DNA of 44,718 nucleotides from an uncultured Flavobacteriales bacterium (GCA_937996585.1 CALKUW010000042.1:1-44718), one strand, 5' to 3'; counted from the stretch's first letter, positions 17,924 through 27,063 are shown. Made by a program: numbers and translations. Notes: a model not told the origin generated them from the sequence alone.

Positions 17924-18922
17924 TCACCCATGGTTTTCATTTTCGGGTGAAGGGGTGTTGCGCGGACCATGGCTCGTGGGAATGGAACCTTCGATCCATG
18001 CGATGCTCTCTTTGACAACCCGGAGGTGGGCATCGCCATCCATGCCCTGCTTTGCGAATTTGACCAGGTCGGACCGCTGGAGCAGGGCGACCATCCAGTC
18101 CACCTGTTCTGCATCCAACCCGCGCACAGGGGCTTGGCGCAGGGAACGCGCCAGTTCGTCCGTTGTGCGCTCGAGCGCCTTGACATGGAAAGTGCCCTGC
18201 AGGTGCAGCCGAACCGCTTCGGACACGATGGACTGGGTTTCCTTTCCATCCCCCTGTTGCCAAGGCGCCTCGGCTTCGAGTTTCCGGAGCATGGCGAGTG
18301 CCGTCACATGGGCCGGCACTTCAGGGGCTTCCACGGTGGGCGCGATGCCTTCTTCCACCTGCCGGCCGGACAGCTTGCGATACAGCCAAAGGGCCATCAG
18401 CAGCAGGCCGACCCCACCCATAATCCAAGGCAGCACACTGCGGAGGCGTTCCCACCAGCTCCATTGGTAGGCCTTGAACCCCTGCATGGGCTTGGGGACG
18501 GCATTCTCGCCCAGGGGAATGAGGCCGACTTCCACCAGCATGGCACGGGTGGGCGTGGGGGCGTTGGCGGAATCGGTCAGGACGAGGGGCTCAATGACCT
18601 TGACGCCCGTATCCCAAGCCATGACTGTGATGCGCTGAACGCGTCGGAGTCCTGCTTCGAGAACAGGCGAGGCGCTGCTGTCCAGCGGCGCTGCGCCGAC
18701 AATCTCCCACCCTTGCGGCAGGGAGTCGCCGATGGCGAGCTCGGGCCAATTCCAACGCCGACCGCCTTCCAAAGGTTCGTCGGAAACCAGTTCCAGAACG
18801 AGGGGTTCGCCTACGCCTATGCTGTCGCTGGACACGACGAGGTCGAACCGTGCTTCGGTTTGTGCCAGAACGGGTGAAACCGCCAGGGCAAAAGCAATGG
18901 CTATGGCACGGGCATCAACCAC
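17924..18922 (-). CDS. Bat-operon membrane protein: N-terminal BatD-like periplasmic domain, TM segment, and DUF4381-like cytoplasmic domain
   Basis: The GTG start at 18922 overlaps the DUF58 stop by 8 nt. It has a signal peptide (AIAIAFALAVSPVLAQ). A single TM segment (LPWIMGGVGLLLMALWLY) follows. The C-terminal region (TTDELARSL...LLQRSDLVKFAK) is typical of DUF4381 as I recall that family. Confidence 0.65.
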   Translation of the reverse strand: MVDARAIAIAFALAVSPVLAQTEARFDLVVSSDSIGVGEPLVLELVSDEPLEGGRRWNWPELAIGDSLPQGWEIVGAAPLDSSASPVLEAGLRRVQRITVMAWDTGVKVIEPLVLTDSANAPTPTRAMLVEVGLIPLGENAVPKPMQGFKAYQWSWWERLRSVLPWIMGGVGLLLMALWLYRKLSGRQVEEGIAPTVEAPEVPAHVTALAMLRKLEAEAPWQQGDGKETQSIVSEAVRLHLQGTFHVKALERTTDELARSLRQAPVRGLDAEQVDWMVALLQRSDLVKFAKQGMDGDAHLRVVKESIAWIEGSIPTSHGPRNTPSPENENHG

Positions 18923-19781
18923 GGCGGTCGAACAACTGCATGAGGGGTTGGACGTAGGGTTGGCCGGTGTTCAGAACGGTGTGGTCCACGCCCGAACGCT
19001 TCATCAGGTCCTCCAGCTCGGATTGGTAACGGCTTGAGGCCGCTTCGAACCGCTTGCGCCATCGCGTACTCGAAGAGTCGACAAAGGCTGCAGCGCCGGA
19101 TTCGGGGTCTGAAGTGGCAATCCAGCCCAGACGAGCGGCCTTGCGCTCGATGTCATCCACGAGTTGCAGTGCCACGAGGTCGTGCTTTCGGGCGGTGCGC
19201 TTGAGCGTTTCGGAGAAGCCCGCATCCTGGAGGTCGCTGATCAGGAAAGCGATGGTCCGCTTCTTCATGACGCGGCCGAAATGCTCCAGGGCCAAATTGA
19301 TGTTGGTGCCCTGGCCCTGGGGCTCGAGGTCGATGACCTCACGGACGATGCGCAAAATGTGACTTCGGCCCTTCTTGGGCGGAATGAAGCGTTCCACCCG
19401 GTCGCTGAAGAGCAGCGCGCCGATCTTGTCGTTGTTCTGACCGGCGGAAAAGGCCAGGACGGCAGCGAGTTCGGCCGCCAGCTCCCGCTTGGAGCGCATG
19501 CGGCTTCCGAGCACACCCGATGCGCTGACGTCGATGAGCAGCATGGCGGTGAGCTCCCGTTCTTCCTCGAACACCTTGACGTAGGGCGTGCGCATGCGCG
19601 CCGTCACGTTCCAGTCGATGGTCCGGATTTCGTCACCGTGCTGGTAGGCACGGTTCTCGCTGAAGGCCATACCGCGCCCTTTGAAGGCACTGTGGTATTC
19701 TCCCGAGAATATCTGGTTGCTCAATCCGCGGGCGCGCAATTCCACCCGCCTCACGCGTCGGATCAGTTCCGAGGCTTCCAT
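18915..19781 (-). CDS. DUF58 domain protein (VWA-like, MoxR-associated)
   Basis: 288 aa. The motifs GEYHSAFKGRGMAFSENRAYQHGDEIRTIDWNVTAR and LLIDVSAS are typical of DUF58 proteins encoded directly downstream of moxR. Confidence 0.88.
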   Translation of the reverse strand: MEASELIRRVRRVELRARGLSNQIFSGEYHSAFKGRGMAFSENRAYQHGDEIRTIDWNVTARMRTPYVKVFEEERELTAMLLIDVSASGVLGSRMRSKRELAAELAAVLAFSAGQNNDKIGALLFSDRVERFIPPKKGRSHILRIVREVIDLEPQGQGTNINLALEHFGRVMKKRTIAFLISDLQDAGFSETLKRTARKHDLVALQLVDDIERKAARLGWIATSDPESGAAAFVDSSSTRWRKRFEAASSRYQSELEDLMKRSGVDHTVLNTGQPYVQPLMQLFDRRG

Positions 19782-19783
19782 GT

Positions 19784-20830
19784 TCAGGGGACCTGGACCT
19801 GGTCGAGGATCTCGGTGACGATCTGCTCCTGGCGGATTTCTTCCGCCTCGGCCTCGAAGGTGAGACCGATGCGGTGCCGCAGCACATCCATGGCGACCGC
19901 CCTGACGTCCTCCGGAATGACATAGCCGCGGTGCGCCATGAAGGCACGCGCCTTGGCGGCGATGGCCAGACCGATGGTCGCGCGGGGTGAGGCGCCGAAA
20001 CCGATGAGTGGCCCAAGGTGGCCCATCCCATGATTTTCAGGCTTGCGCGTGGCCTGCACGAGGTTCACGATGTAGCGTTCGATCTTCTCGTCCATGTAGA
20101 CCTCACGCACGAGCTTCCTTGCTTCGAGGATGTCCTTGGGCTGGACGACGGGCTGAACCTGGGCCTTGTCACCTGCGGAAACCTGGTTCCGGAGGATCAG
20201 CTGCTCCTCGTCCGAGGTCGGGTAATCGATGACGGCCTTGAGCAGGAAGCGGTCCACCTGGGCTTCGGGAAGGGGGTAGGTGCCCTCTTGCTCGACCGGA
20301 TTCTGGGTGGCGAGTACCAGGAAGGGCTGCGGGAGTTGGAACGTCTCCGAACCGATGGTCACCTGGCGCTCCTGCATGGCCTCGAGCAGGGCGCTCTGCA
20401 CCTTGGCCGGGGCCCGGTTGATCTCATCAGCGAGGACGAAGTGGGCAAAGATCGGACCCTTGCTGACCGTGAACTGTTCCTGCTTCTGGTTGTAGATCAT
20501 CGTTCCGACCACGTCGGCGGGAAGCAGGTCCGGTGTGAACTGGATGCGGCTGAAGTCTACGGCCACCGCCCGGCTCAAGGTCTGGATGGCGAGCGTCTTG
20601 GCCAGGCCCGGGACACCCTCGAGGAGCACATGGCCATCGGCGAGGAGGCCGGTCAGCAGCGTATCCACCATGTTGCGCTGTCCGATGAGGGCCTTGCCGA
20701 CCTCGTGCCGGAGTTGATCGACAAAGCCGCTGGCGAGTCGGATGCGCTCCGTGAGCGCCTGGATGTCGGGACTGCCCGGGGTGCCGTTGCCGTTCACGGC
20801 CACTTCGGAAGGAATGGATGTGTTTTCCAT
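19784..20830 (-). CDS. moxR: MoxR-family AAA+ ATPase
   Basis: It has Walker A LLEGVPGLAKT and Walker B FVLADEINRA, plus LATQNPVEQEGTYPLPEAQVDRF. The track start, TTG 20890, coincides with a promoter-like motif, so I prefer ATG 20830 (MENTSIPSEV). Confidence 0.92.
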   Translation of the reverse strand: MENTSIPSEVAVNGNGTPGSPDIQALTERIRLASGFVDQLRHEVGKALIGQRNMVDTLLTGLLADGHVLLEGVPGLAKTLAIQTLSRAVAVDFSRIQFTPDLLPADVVGTMIYNQKQEQFTVSKGPIFAHFVLADEINRAPAKVQSALLEAMQERQVTIGSETFQLPQPFLVLATQNPVEQEGTYPLPEAQVDRFLLKAVIDYPTSDEEQLILRNQVSAGDKAQVQPVVQPKDILEARKLVREVYMDEKIERYIVNLVQATRKPENHGMGHLGPLIGFGASPRATIGLAIAAKARAFMAHRGYVIPEDVRAVAMDVLRHRIGLTFEAEAEEIRQEQIVTEILDQVQVP

Positions 20831-20887
20831 GATGTTCACTAGAGACCGAAGACCTGCGCATGTGGGCAAACCATCATTCGGATTGTT

Positions 20888-20895
20888 CAAAAATA
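20888..20895 (-). promoter_or_regulatory. Bacteroidota-type -7 promoter element (TAnnTTTG) for the moxR/bat operon
   Basis: The minus strand reads TATTTTTG, an exact match to the TAnnTTTG consensus, 57 nt upstream of ATG 20830. I found no clear -33 TTTG. Confidence 0.45.
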
Positions 20896-20936
20896 CAAGG
20901 GGGGCTAGGGGGGCATTCCAGGGTGCCGGTTAAAAG

Positions 20937-21380
20937 ATGTTGACCCAACTTGTGGGCATGACCCTCAACGAATGCATTTCATCGGTGGCGTTGTTCCAGG
21001 AAACCTTCGGGTTGCCCATGGAACAGGCTCCGAAAGCCTCCTTGTCGCCCGACATCATCGCCTTACGCCACCGCCTGATGGCGGAGGAGAACGATGAATA
21101 CCTCGAGGCGGCCAAGGACGGCGACATGGTGGAAATCGCCGACGCCCTGGGTGATATGCTATACATCCTCTGCGGCACCATCATCAGCCACGGCATGCAG
21201 GACGTCATCGCCGATGTCTTCCGCACCATTCAAGAGTCCAACATGTCCAAGCTCGGAGCGGACGGCAAGCCCATCTACCGTGAGGACGGAAAGGTGATGA
21301 AGGGACCGGGGTATTTCCGTCCGGACATCGCCGGCGTCCTGGAGCGGGCAGGGGTGACGTCTGAAACCGCGCAACCATGA
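20937..21380 (+). CDS. MazG-like nucleoside triphosphate pyrophosphohydrolase family protein
   Basis: 147 aa. The motif EENDEYLEAAKDGDMVEIADALGDMLYILCGT is followed by SNMSKL and DGKVMKGPGYFRPD, matching the all-alpha NTP-PPase pattern. Confidence 0.7.
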   Translation: MLTQLVGMTLNECISSVALFQETFGLPMEQAPKASLSPDIIALRHRLMAEENDEYLEAAKDGDMVEIADALGDMLYILCGTIISHGMQDVIADVFRTIQESNMSKLGADGKPIYREDGKVMKGPGYFRPDIAGVLERAGVTSETAQP

Positions 21381-21883
21381 ACGCGGCATTGGCCAAGCGT
21401 GCCGGGCGCGCGCTGGAGCAAGCCCGGAATGGAAATCCGAGGGCCATGGACCGGTTGATGCGCATCGCTTTGCCATTCAATAGACCCCACCGTATCCGCA
21501 TCGCATCCGTGACGCCGGAGCACGTTGAAGTGGCGCTGCCCAGCCGCAGGTCCAACTACAACCACCTCGGCGGGATGCATGCCTGCGCCATCGCCACGGC
21601 ACTTGAATTCGCCTCCGGCGCCTCCATCCTGCTGGAGGTGGGGATGCGGGATTACCGCATCATCATGTCGCGGCTCGAAATCGACTACACCGCGAAGCCC
21701 AAGGGGCATTGTACTGTCCGGGCCCAACGGAACACGCCGGCCATCCAGGGATTGACCGGCGTGTTGGAAAAAGAAGGGGTGGCGCGCATTGTCCAGCCCT
21801 CCTCACTGTACGATGCCTCCGGCGAGCATTGCGCCGAAGCCACCGTACACTGGCACCTCAAGGCGTGGGGTGCGCGCAGTTGA
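21377..21883 (+). CDS. Hotdog-fold thioesterase-like protein (DUF4442/PaaI-like)
   Basis: 168 aa, with an ATGA overlap on the previous gene. The stretch NYNHLGGMHACAIATALEFASGASILL is typical of PaaI/DUF4442 hotdog proteins. Confidence 0.6.
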   Translation: MNAALAKRAGRALEQARNGNPRAMDRLMRIALPFNRPHRIRIASVTPEHVEVALPSRRSNYNHLGGMHACAIATALEFASGASILLEVGMRDYRIIMSRLEIDYTAKPKGHCTVRAQRNTPAIQGLTGVLEKEGVARIVQPSSLYDASGEHCAEATVHWHLKAWGARS

Positions 21884-22547
21884 GTTCCAGGTCTGAACGG
21901 GTGCGCTCATAGCCGGTCAGGGCCCAGCGCTCGCCGTCGAACTGCGCCGTCAACTTCAGGTCGCCATGCCCCTTCACGCTGCGCACGTAGTCGCTTCCGA
22001 CATACCCCTTGACCTTGCCGATGTTGGGGACCTCGATGATGACGGGGGTCCATTCGATGCCGTCGCGTTCCACCTTCCACCGGGCTGGATCCTCGCTTCC
22101 GAGAAAGGTGCCTTCGTCAAGCATGGCGATGACCTCACCCTTGGCGCCGGCCTCGCGGCGCAACTTGATGCGGTTGCCCGTGACCTCGAGCAGGCGCTGT
22201 CGACCGGCGGCGCGCGCGTGGAGGTTGGTCATCGTGCCATCGGGATGGACGAGGACGAACCCATCGGCGAACCGCGCGACATCGCGGCCCAAGACCTTCC
22301 ATCCGAAGCGCTGCGCATCATAGGACAGGGCATCGGAAGCGGAGACGGCCGCGCAACCCGATTCCGCCACGACGAGGGGGGCGAAGCAATCGAAAATGCG
22401 TTCCGCGTCACCGGTTGCGGCTTCCTGCCGGACATGGTGGATGAAGTCATCGAATTGCCGCAGGTCCTGTGGGGCCGACCACATCACTTGGGCTGCAGTG
22501 AAGGTGAACAGGACAAGCAGCAAAGCGCGCAGGAGCAGACGCTGCAT
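21858..22547 (-). CDS. Secreted hypothetical protein with a C-terminal SH3b-like domain
   Basis: Only the 3' part of the 833-aa track ORF is credible. The start is ATG 22547 (signal peptide MQRLLLRALLLVLFTFTAAQV). The C-terminal stretch GEVIAMLDEGTFLGSED...GKVKGYVGSDYV is SH3-like. It overlaps the convergent gene by 26 nt. Confidence 0.6.
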   Translation of the reverse strand: MQRLLLRALLLVLFTFTAAQVMWSAPQDLRQFDDFIHHVRQEAATGDAERIFDCFAPLVVAESGCAAVSASDALSYDAQRFGWKVLGRDVARFADGFVLVHPDGTMTNLHARAAGRQRLLEVTGNRIKLRREAGAKGEVIAMLDEGTFLGSEDPARWKVERDGIEWTPVIIEVPNIGKVKGYVGSDYVRSVKGHGDLKLTAQFDGERWALTGYERTRSDLELNCAHPTP

Positions 22548-22729
22548 GATGATGGTGGGGTTGAGTGTGGCTGAACGGGTCATGCGGTGGGGTGTTGGGC
22601 GTTTTGGAAGGGGACTTTCCCCTGTCTCAATGAAACAATGCCGGCGGGCAGGCTTTTGGTATGCGGATGGGCCATGCCGATCGGGGGTTTGACATTCATT
22701 GCAACTTCCGCCCGCCCGCAGCGGAGGAT

Positions 22730-22737
22730 TATCTTTG
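22730..22737 (+). promoter_or_regulatory. Bacteroidota-type -7 promoter element upstream of thrS
   Basis: TATCTTTG is an exact TAnnTTTG match. It ends 17 nt before the thrS ATG, which implies a very short 5' UTR. Confidence 0.45.
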
Positions 22738-22754
22738 CCGCCAATCTCACAGGC

Positions 22755-24713
22755 ATGATCAACATCACCCTCCCCGATGGCTCCGTCCGACAGGCCGCAG
22801 ATGACGCCACCGCGCTCGACGTTGCCCGCGACATCAGCGAGGGACTGGCCCGCAATGTGCTGGCGGCGGAAGTCGACGGAGAGGTGCGCGATGCCCAACG
22901 TCCGCTGGGTGGGGATGTGAAGCTCAACCTGCTCACTTGGGGCAGTGAGGGCGCACAGAGTACGCTGTGGCACAGTGGAGCCCACTTGATGGCGGAGGCC
23001 CTCGAAGCGCTGTATTCGGGGGTCAAGTTCTGGGTGGGTCCGGCCGTGGAGGGCGGGTTCTACTATGACGTCGACTTCGGCGAACACACCTTCAGCGACA
23101 AGGATTTCCCCACCGTCGAGAAAAAGATGCTCGAGCTCGCACGCGAGAAGAGCGAATACGTGCGCCGGGACGTACCCAAGTCCGAGGCCATCGCCTACTT
23201 CAAGGAAAAGGGCGACGAATACAAACTCGACCTGCTCGAGAACCTCGAGGACGGCACGATCACCTTCTACACGCAAGGGGGCTTCACCGACCTCTGTCGT
23301 GGCCCGCACATCCCGCACACCGGTTTCATCAAGGCTGTCAAACTGCTTGCCGTGGCCGGGGCCTACTGGAAGGGAGACGAGACGCAGAAGCAGCTGACCC
23401 GCATCTACGGCATCGCCTTCCCGAAGAAGGCCCAGCTCGACGAGCACATGGAGCTGCTCGAACAGGCGCGGTTGCGCGACCACAGGAAGCTGGGCAAGGA
23501 GCTCGACCTGTTCACCTTCAGCGAAAAGGTGGGCCAGGGCCTGCCGCTGTGGCTGCCCAAGGGTGCCGATCTTCGGATGCGGTTGGAGTCCTTCCTGAAG
23601 GAGGCGCAGCGGAAGATGGGCTACGAGGCCGTCATCACCCCGCACATCGGCAACAAGGAGCTCTACGTCTGCAGCGGCCACTACGAGAAGTACGGTGAGG
23701 ACAGCTTTCAGCCGATCAAGACACCGGCGGAAGGCGAGGAGTACCTGCTCAAGCCGATGAACTGCCCGCACCACTGCGAGGTATTCAAGTCGCGCCCGCG
23801 CAGCTACCGGGACCTGCCCGTCCGCTTCGCCGAGTTCGGCACGGTCTACCGTTACGAACAGAGCGGCGAGTTGCACGGCTTGACCCGTGTCCGCGGATTC
23901 ACCCAGGACGACGCCCACATCTTCTGCACTGTGGACCAGGTCAAGGAGGAGGTCGGCAAGGTCATCGACCTCGTGCTGTACATCTTCAAGACGCTCGACT
24001 TTCAGGACTTCATTGCCCAGGTCAGTTTGCGCGATCCGGAGAATCCAGGCAAGTACATCGGCAGCGACGAGAACTGGGACAAGGCCGAGAAGGCCATCGC
24101 CGAGGTGGCCGTGGAGAAGGGGCTGAAGACTGTCACCGAATTGGGCGAAGCTGCCTTTTATGGGCCCAAACTCGACTTCATGGTGCGCGACGCCATCGGG
24201 CGCAAATGGCAGCTGGGTACGGTTCAGATTGACTACAACCTGCCAGAGCGGTTCGAGTTGGAATATGTGGGAGCGGACAATGAAAAGCACCGCCCCGTGA
24301 TGATTCACCGTGCGCCTTTCGGCTCGATGGAGCGTTTTGTGGCCATCCTCATCGAGCATTGTGCCGGGAAATTCCCGCTGTGGCTCACGCCGGAACAGGC
24401 GCGGATCCTACCGGTGAGCGACAAGTTCAACGACTATGCAAGGGAGGTTTCAAAATCCCTTGAAAATCGCGATATTCGCGCCCTCGTTGACGACCGCAAT
24501 GAAAAGGTCGGGAAGAAGATCCGCGAAGCGGAGCTCGACAAAATCCCGTACATGCTCATCGTGGGAGGAGACGAAGCCGAGAACGGAACCGTGGCCGTGC
24601 GGAAGCAGGGCGAAGGCGATGTTGGAGGCATGACCACGGCAGCATTTGCCGACCGAATTGAACAGGAGGTCGCGGAAATGCTCGGTGGAGAAGAGAAGAT
24701 TGAACACCCATAA
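22755..24713 (+). CDS. thrS: Threonine--tRNA ligase
   Basis: The ORF opens at 22587, but the conserved TGS-domain start [13 protein letters not shown] is at ATG 22755. The class II motifs are present: [47 protein letters not shown] and [13 protein letters not shown]. Confidence 0.97.
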   Translation: MINITLPDGSVRQAADDATALDVARDISEGLARNVLAAEVDGEVRDAQRPLGGDVKLNLLTWGSEGAQSTLWHSGAHLMAEALEALYSGVKFWVGPAVEGGFYYDVDFGEHTFSDKDFPTVEKKMLELAREKSEYVRRDVPKSEAIAYFKEKGDEYKLDLLENLEDGTITFYTQGGFTDLCRGPHIPHTGFIKAVKLLAVAGAYWKGDETQKQLTRIYGIAFPKKAQLDEHMELLEQARLRDHRKLGKELDLFTFSEKVGQGLPLWLPKGADLRMRLESFLKEAQRKMGYEAVITPHIGNKELYVCSGHYEKYGEDSFQPIKTPAEGEEYLLKPMNCPHHCEVFKSRPRSYRDLPVRFAEFGTVYRYEQSGELHGLTRVRGFTQDDAHIFCTVDQVKEEVGKVIDLVLYIFKTLDFQDFIAQVSLRDPENPGKYIGSDENWDKAEKAIAEVAVEKGLKTVTELGEAAFYGPKLDFMVRDAIGRKWQLGTVQIDYNLPERFELEYVGADNEKHRPVMIHRAPFGSMERFVAILIEHCAGKFPLWLTPEQARILPVSDKFNDYAREVSKSLENRDIRALVDDRNEKVGKKIREAELDKIPYMLIVGGDEAENGTVAVRKQGEGDVGGMTTAAFADRIEQEVAEMLGGEEKIEHP

Positions 24714-24724
24714 CTGAGCGCACC

Positions 24725-25279
24725 ATCGCTATTCGACGCAGAAGATCCAGGGGCCCTGCCCGCGTGATCAAAAAGAATCCGCACCGCACGAACCGGGAAA
24801 TCCGCGTTCCTAAAGTGCGTTTGGTCGGAGACAACATCGGCGACGCCGACATTGTCGAGTTGGAGGAAGCACTCAGCATGGCCGAGGAGCAGGAGCTGGA
24901 CCTTGTGGAGATTTCCCCGAAAGCGGATCCTCCGGTCTGCAGGATTCTGAACTATCAGAAATTCCTGTACGACCAGAAGAAGAAGCAGAAGGAAATCAAG
25001 GCCAACCAGGCCAAGGTCACCCAGAAGGAAATCAGGTTCGGACCGAATACGGACGACCACGATTTCAACTTCAAGGTGAAGCACGCCCGCAAGTTCCTCG
25101 AGGAGGGAAACAAATTGAAGGCACACGTCTTCTTCCGTGGAAGGAGCATTGTCTTCAAGGAGAGGGGAGAGATCCTGTTGCTGCGTTTCGCGCAGGAGCT
25201 GGAGGACGTCGGCACGGTCGAACTGATGCCGAAGTTGGAGGGGAAGCGGATGTTCATCACGCTCAGACCAAAGAAGTAA
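24725..25279 (+). CDS. infC: Translation initiation factor IF-3
   Basis: The motifs are [41 protein letters not shown] and [17 protein letters not shown]. The track start is GTG 24764. The frame is open back to the stop at 24701 and encodes a basic tail ([13 protein letters not shown]), so a non-AUG start at ATC 24725 or ATT 24731 is likely. Confidence 0.9.
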   Translation: MAIRRRRSRGPARVIKKNPHRTNREIRVPKVRLVGDNIGDADIVELEEALSMAEEQELDLVEISPKADPPVCRILNYQKFLYDQKKKQKEIKANQAKVTQKEIRFGPNTDDHDFNFKVKHARKFLEEGNKLKAHVFFRGRSIVFKERGEILLLRFAQELEDVGTVELMPKLEGKRMFITLRPKK

Positions 25280-25320
25280 AACCTGGTGAGGGGCCACCCG
25301 AACCGACACATACGGACGAC

Positions 25321-25515
25321 ATGCCGAAGATGAAGACCAAGAGCAGCGCGAAGAAGCGTTTCACCGTGACCGGCACGGGCAAGCTGAAGCGCAAGCACGC
25401 GTTCAAGTCGCACATCCTGACCAAGAAGGGCACGAAGCAGAAGCGCAACCTGACCCAGACCGGTCTGGTGAGCAAGGCTGACACGCCCAACATCAAGACC
25501 CAATTGGGCATCTGA
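25321..25515 (+). CDS. rpmI: 50S ribosomal protein L35
   Basis: 64 aa, beginning [36 protein letters not shown]. Confidence 0.97.
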   Translation: MPKMKTKSSAKKRFTVTGTGKLKRKHAFKSHILTKKGTKQKRNLTQTGLVSKADTPNIKTQLGI

Positions 25516-25590
25516 GAAAGAACAACGTTGAACTGGTTGCCAGCTCCTCAAGTTCCCTACCGGGACGCTGTCCGCCGAAACTGAAATACC

Positions 25591-25935
25591 ATGCCTCGTT
25601 CCAACAACGCAGTGGCCAGTCGGGCCCGCCGCAAGAAAATCCTGAAGATGGCCAAAGGGTACTACGGTGCCCGCAAGAACGTCTGGACGGTCGCCAAGAA
25701 CGCCGTCGAGAAAGGTCTCCTCTACGCCTACGTGGGCCGCAAGCTCAAGAAGCGCCAATTCCGCTCACTGTGGATCCAGCGGATCAACGCCGGAGCCCGC
25801 CAGCACGGCATGAGCTACAGCCAATTCATGGGCAAGTGCTCTAAGGCCAACATTGACCTCAACCGCAAGGTCCTCGCCGACCTCGCGCTCAACCATCCGG
25901 CAGCCTTCAAGGCGGTCGTGGACCAGGTGAAGTAA
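25591..25935 (+). CDS. rplT: 50S ribosomal protein L20
   Basis: 114 aa, beginning [30 protein letters not shown]. It contains [10 protein letters not shown]. Confidence 0.97.
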   Translation: MPRSNNAVASRARRKKILKMAKGYYGARKNVWTVAKNAVEKGLLYAYVGRKLKKRQFRSLWIQRINAGARQHGMSYSQFMGKCSKANIDLNRKVLADLALNHPAAFKAVVDQVK

Positions 25936-25960
25936 CCCTTCGCCAACCTTAATCGAAATG

Positions 25961-25993
25961 ACGCCGGCTCCCTTGGGGCCGGCGTTGTTCGTT
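25961..25993. terminator. Intrinsic terminator hairpin between convergent rplT and the recA-TPR operon
   Basis: ACGCCGGCTCC-ctt-GGGGCCGGCGT forms a stem of 8 Watson-Crick bp, extendable to about 11 bp. On the plus strand it is followed by TGTTCGTTC. The position suggests bidirectional use. Confidence 0.7.
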
Positions 25994-26034
25994 CATGGAG
26001 GTCAGGTTGGCTTGACCGGGATGACGATGTGGAG

Positions 26035-27063
26035 TCAGCGTAGGGCTTCGAGCACCCTCCCTTTGGCGATGGCGGCAGGGGTGTAGGCCGGGTCGAATGA
26101 CAAGGCGGCATTGTAGGCGTCCAGTGCCTCTTGCAATCGCCCCATGCTCTCCAGCGCCAGTCCCTTGTTGAAGTGGGCCTGATGGTAGTAAGGCAGGCGG
26201 GCAATGGCCTCACCGAACCAGTGGGCAGCACTGTCGTACTGTGTCAGGTACTCCAGGTGGACGAATCCCTTGTTGAAAGCCGCTGATGCATTCGCGGTGT
26301 CCAGCTCGAGAATACGGTCATACAGCGAAAGTGCCTCTGCATATCGCACGCCCTCGGCATCGCCATGCTCCTGAAGGAAAATGGCCTGGTCGTAAAGCGC
26401 CTCGATGCTGTTCGGCTTGAGCGACCGCGCCGTTTCGAAATATTCGATGGCCAGATCGTCGTGCGCGGCAGCGTAGAGCAGACCGAGCTGGACGTAGGCA
26501 TCATAGCGTTCCGGCGCCACCTCGACCACCGTCTGGAACGAACTTGCGGCGGTCAGGGTGTCGCCGGTCTCCATGTACAGTCTCCCTTTCAGGAAGTAAG
26601 CTTCGTCGAGGCGGTCGTCCAACCTCAAGGCATCGTTGATCTTCTTCAGTGCCGGATCATAGGAGCGCAGGAGCAGGTCCACGCGCGCAAGGGAGAGCAG
26701 TGATGGAACGTGCTCACCATCCGTGGCAAGAACGCCCGACCACTCGCGAACGGCCCCCTCGAAATCCCGGATGCCGAAGCGCAGCTCACCGAGCGCATGA
26801 CGGTCGTCTACAAGGGTGGAGTCGATGGCCATGGCCCGCTCATAGTCATCAATGGCGGCTCCGTTGTTTCCAGCGCGCAGGTGGTAACGCCCCCGGTCCA
26901 GATAGACCGATGCCGACTGGGGTGTGGCAATGACCGATTCGTTGAACCAGGCCAATGAATCGGTCACGGGAGCCACGACACCCTGACGGTCTGCATCAGG
27001 GGCGCCGCACGACATCGCCAGCACGGCGAGGCCGGTCGGCAAGAACACGCGGGAACGCGTCAT
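26035..27063 (-). CDS. TPR-repeat lipoprotein
   Basis: ATG 27063 overlaps the recA stop (TGATG). The lipobox is LAVLAMSCG. Multiple TPR-like units are present (AYFLKGRLYMETGD, AYVQLGLLYAAAHD, HFNKGLALESMGRLQEALDAYNAAL). Confidence 0.8.
   Translation of the reverse strand: MTRSRVFLPTGLAVLAMSCGAPDADRQGVVAPVTDSLAWFNESVIATPQSASVYLDRGRYHLRAGNNGAAIDDYERAMAIDSTLVDDRHALGELRFGIRDFEGAVREWSGVLATDGEHVPSLLSLARVDLLLRSYDPALKKINDALRLDDRLDEAYFLKGRLYMETGDTLTAASSFQTVVEVAPERYDAYVQLGLLYAAAHDDLAIEYFETARSLKPNSIEALYDQAIFLQEHGDAEGVRYAEALSLYDRILELDTANASAAFNKGFVHLEYLTQYDSAAHWFGEAIARLPYYHQAHFNKGLALESMGRLQEALDAYNAALSFDPAYTPAAIAKGRVLEALR

Noticed and set aside
16843-18249. The 5' extension of the batA ORF to 18249. There are similar N-terminal extensions of the ORFs at 3367, 22587, 28532, 31399, 34794, 34084 and 42840.
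   Set aside because: The extensions overlap the adjacent upstream genes or lack signal and domain content. Internal ATGs give canonical N-termini or signal peptides and tidy operon junctions.
21858-24359. An 833-aa minus-strand ORF, the second-longest ORF in the track.
   Set aside because: From about 22600 upward it is antisense to thrS, whose product has unmistakable class II synthetase motifs. The antisense translation is low-complexity (rich in L, V, A, G, E, D, H and R) with no motifs. Only the 3' segment 21858..22547, which has a signal peptide, is kept as a gene. Long antisense ORFs are expected in GC-rich coding DNA.
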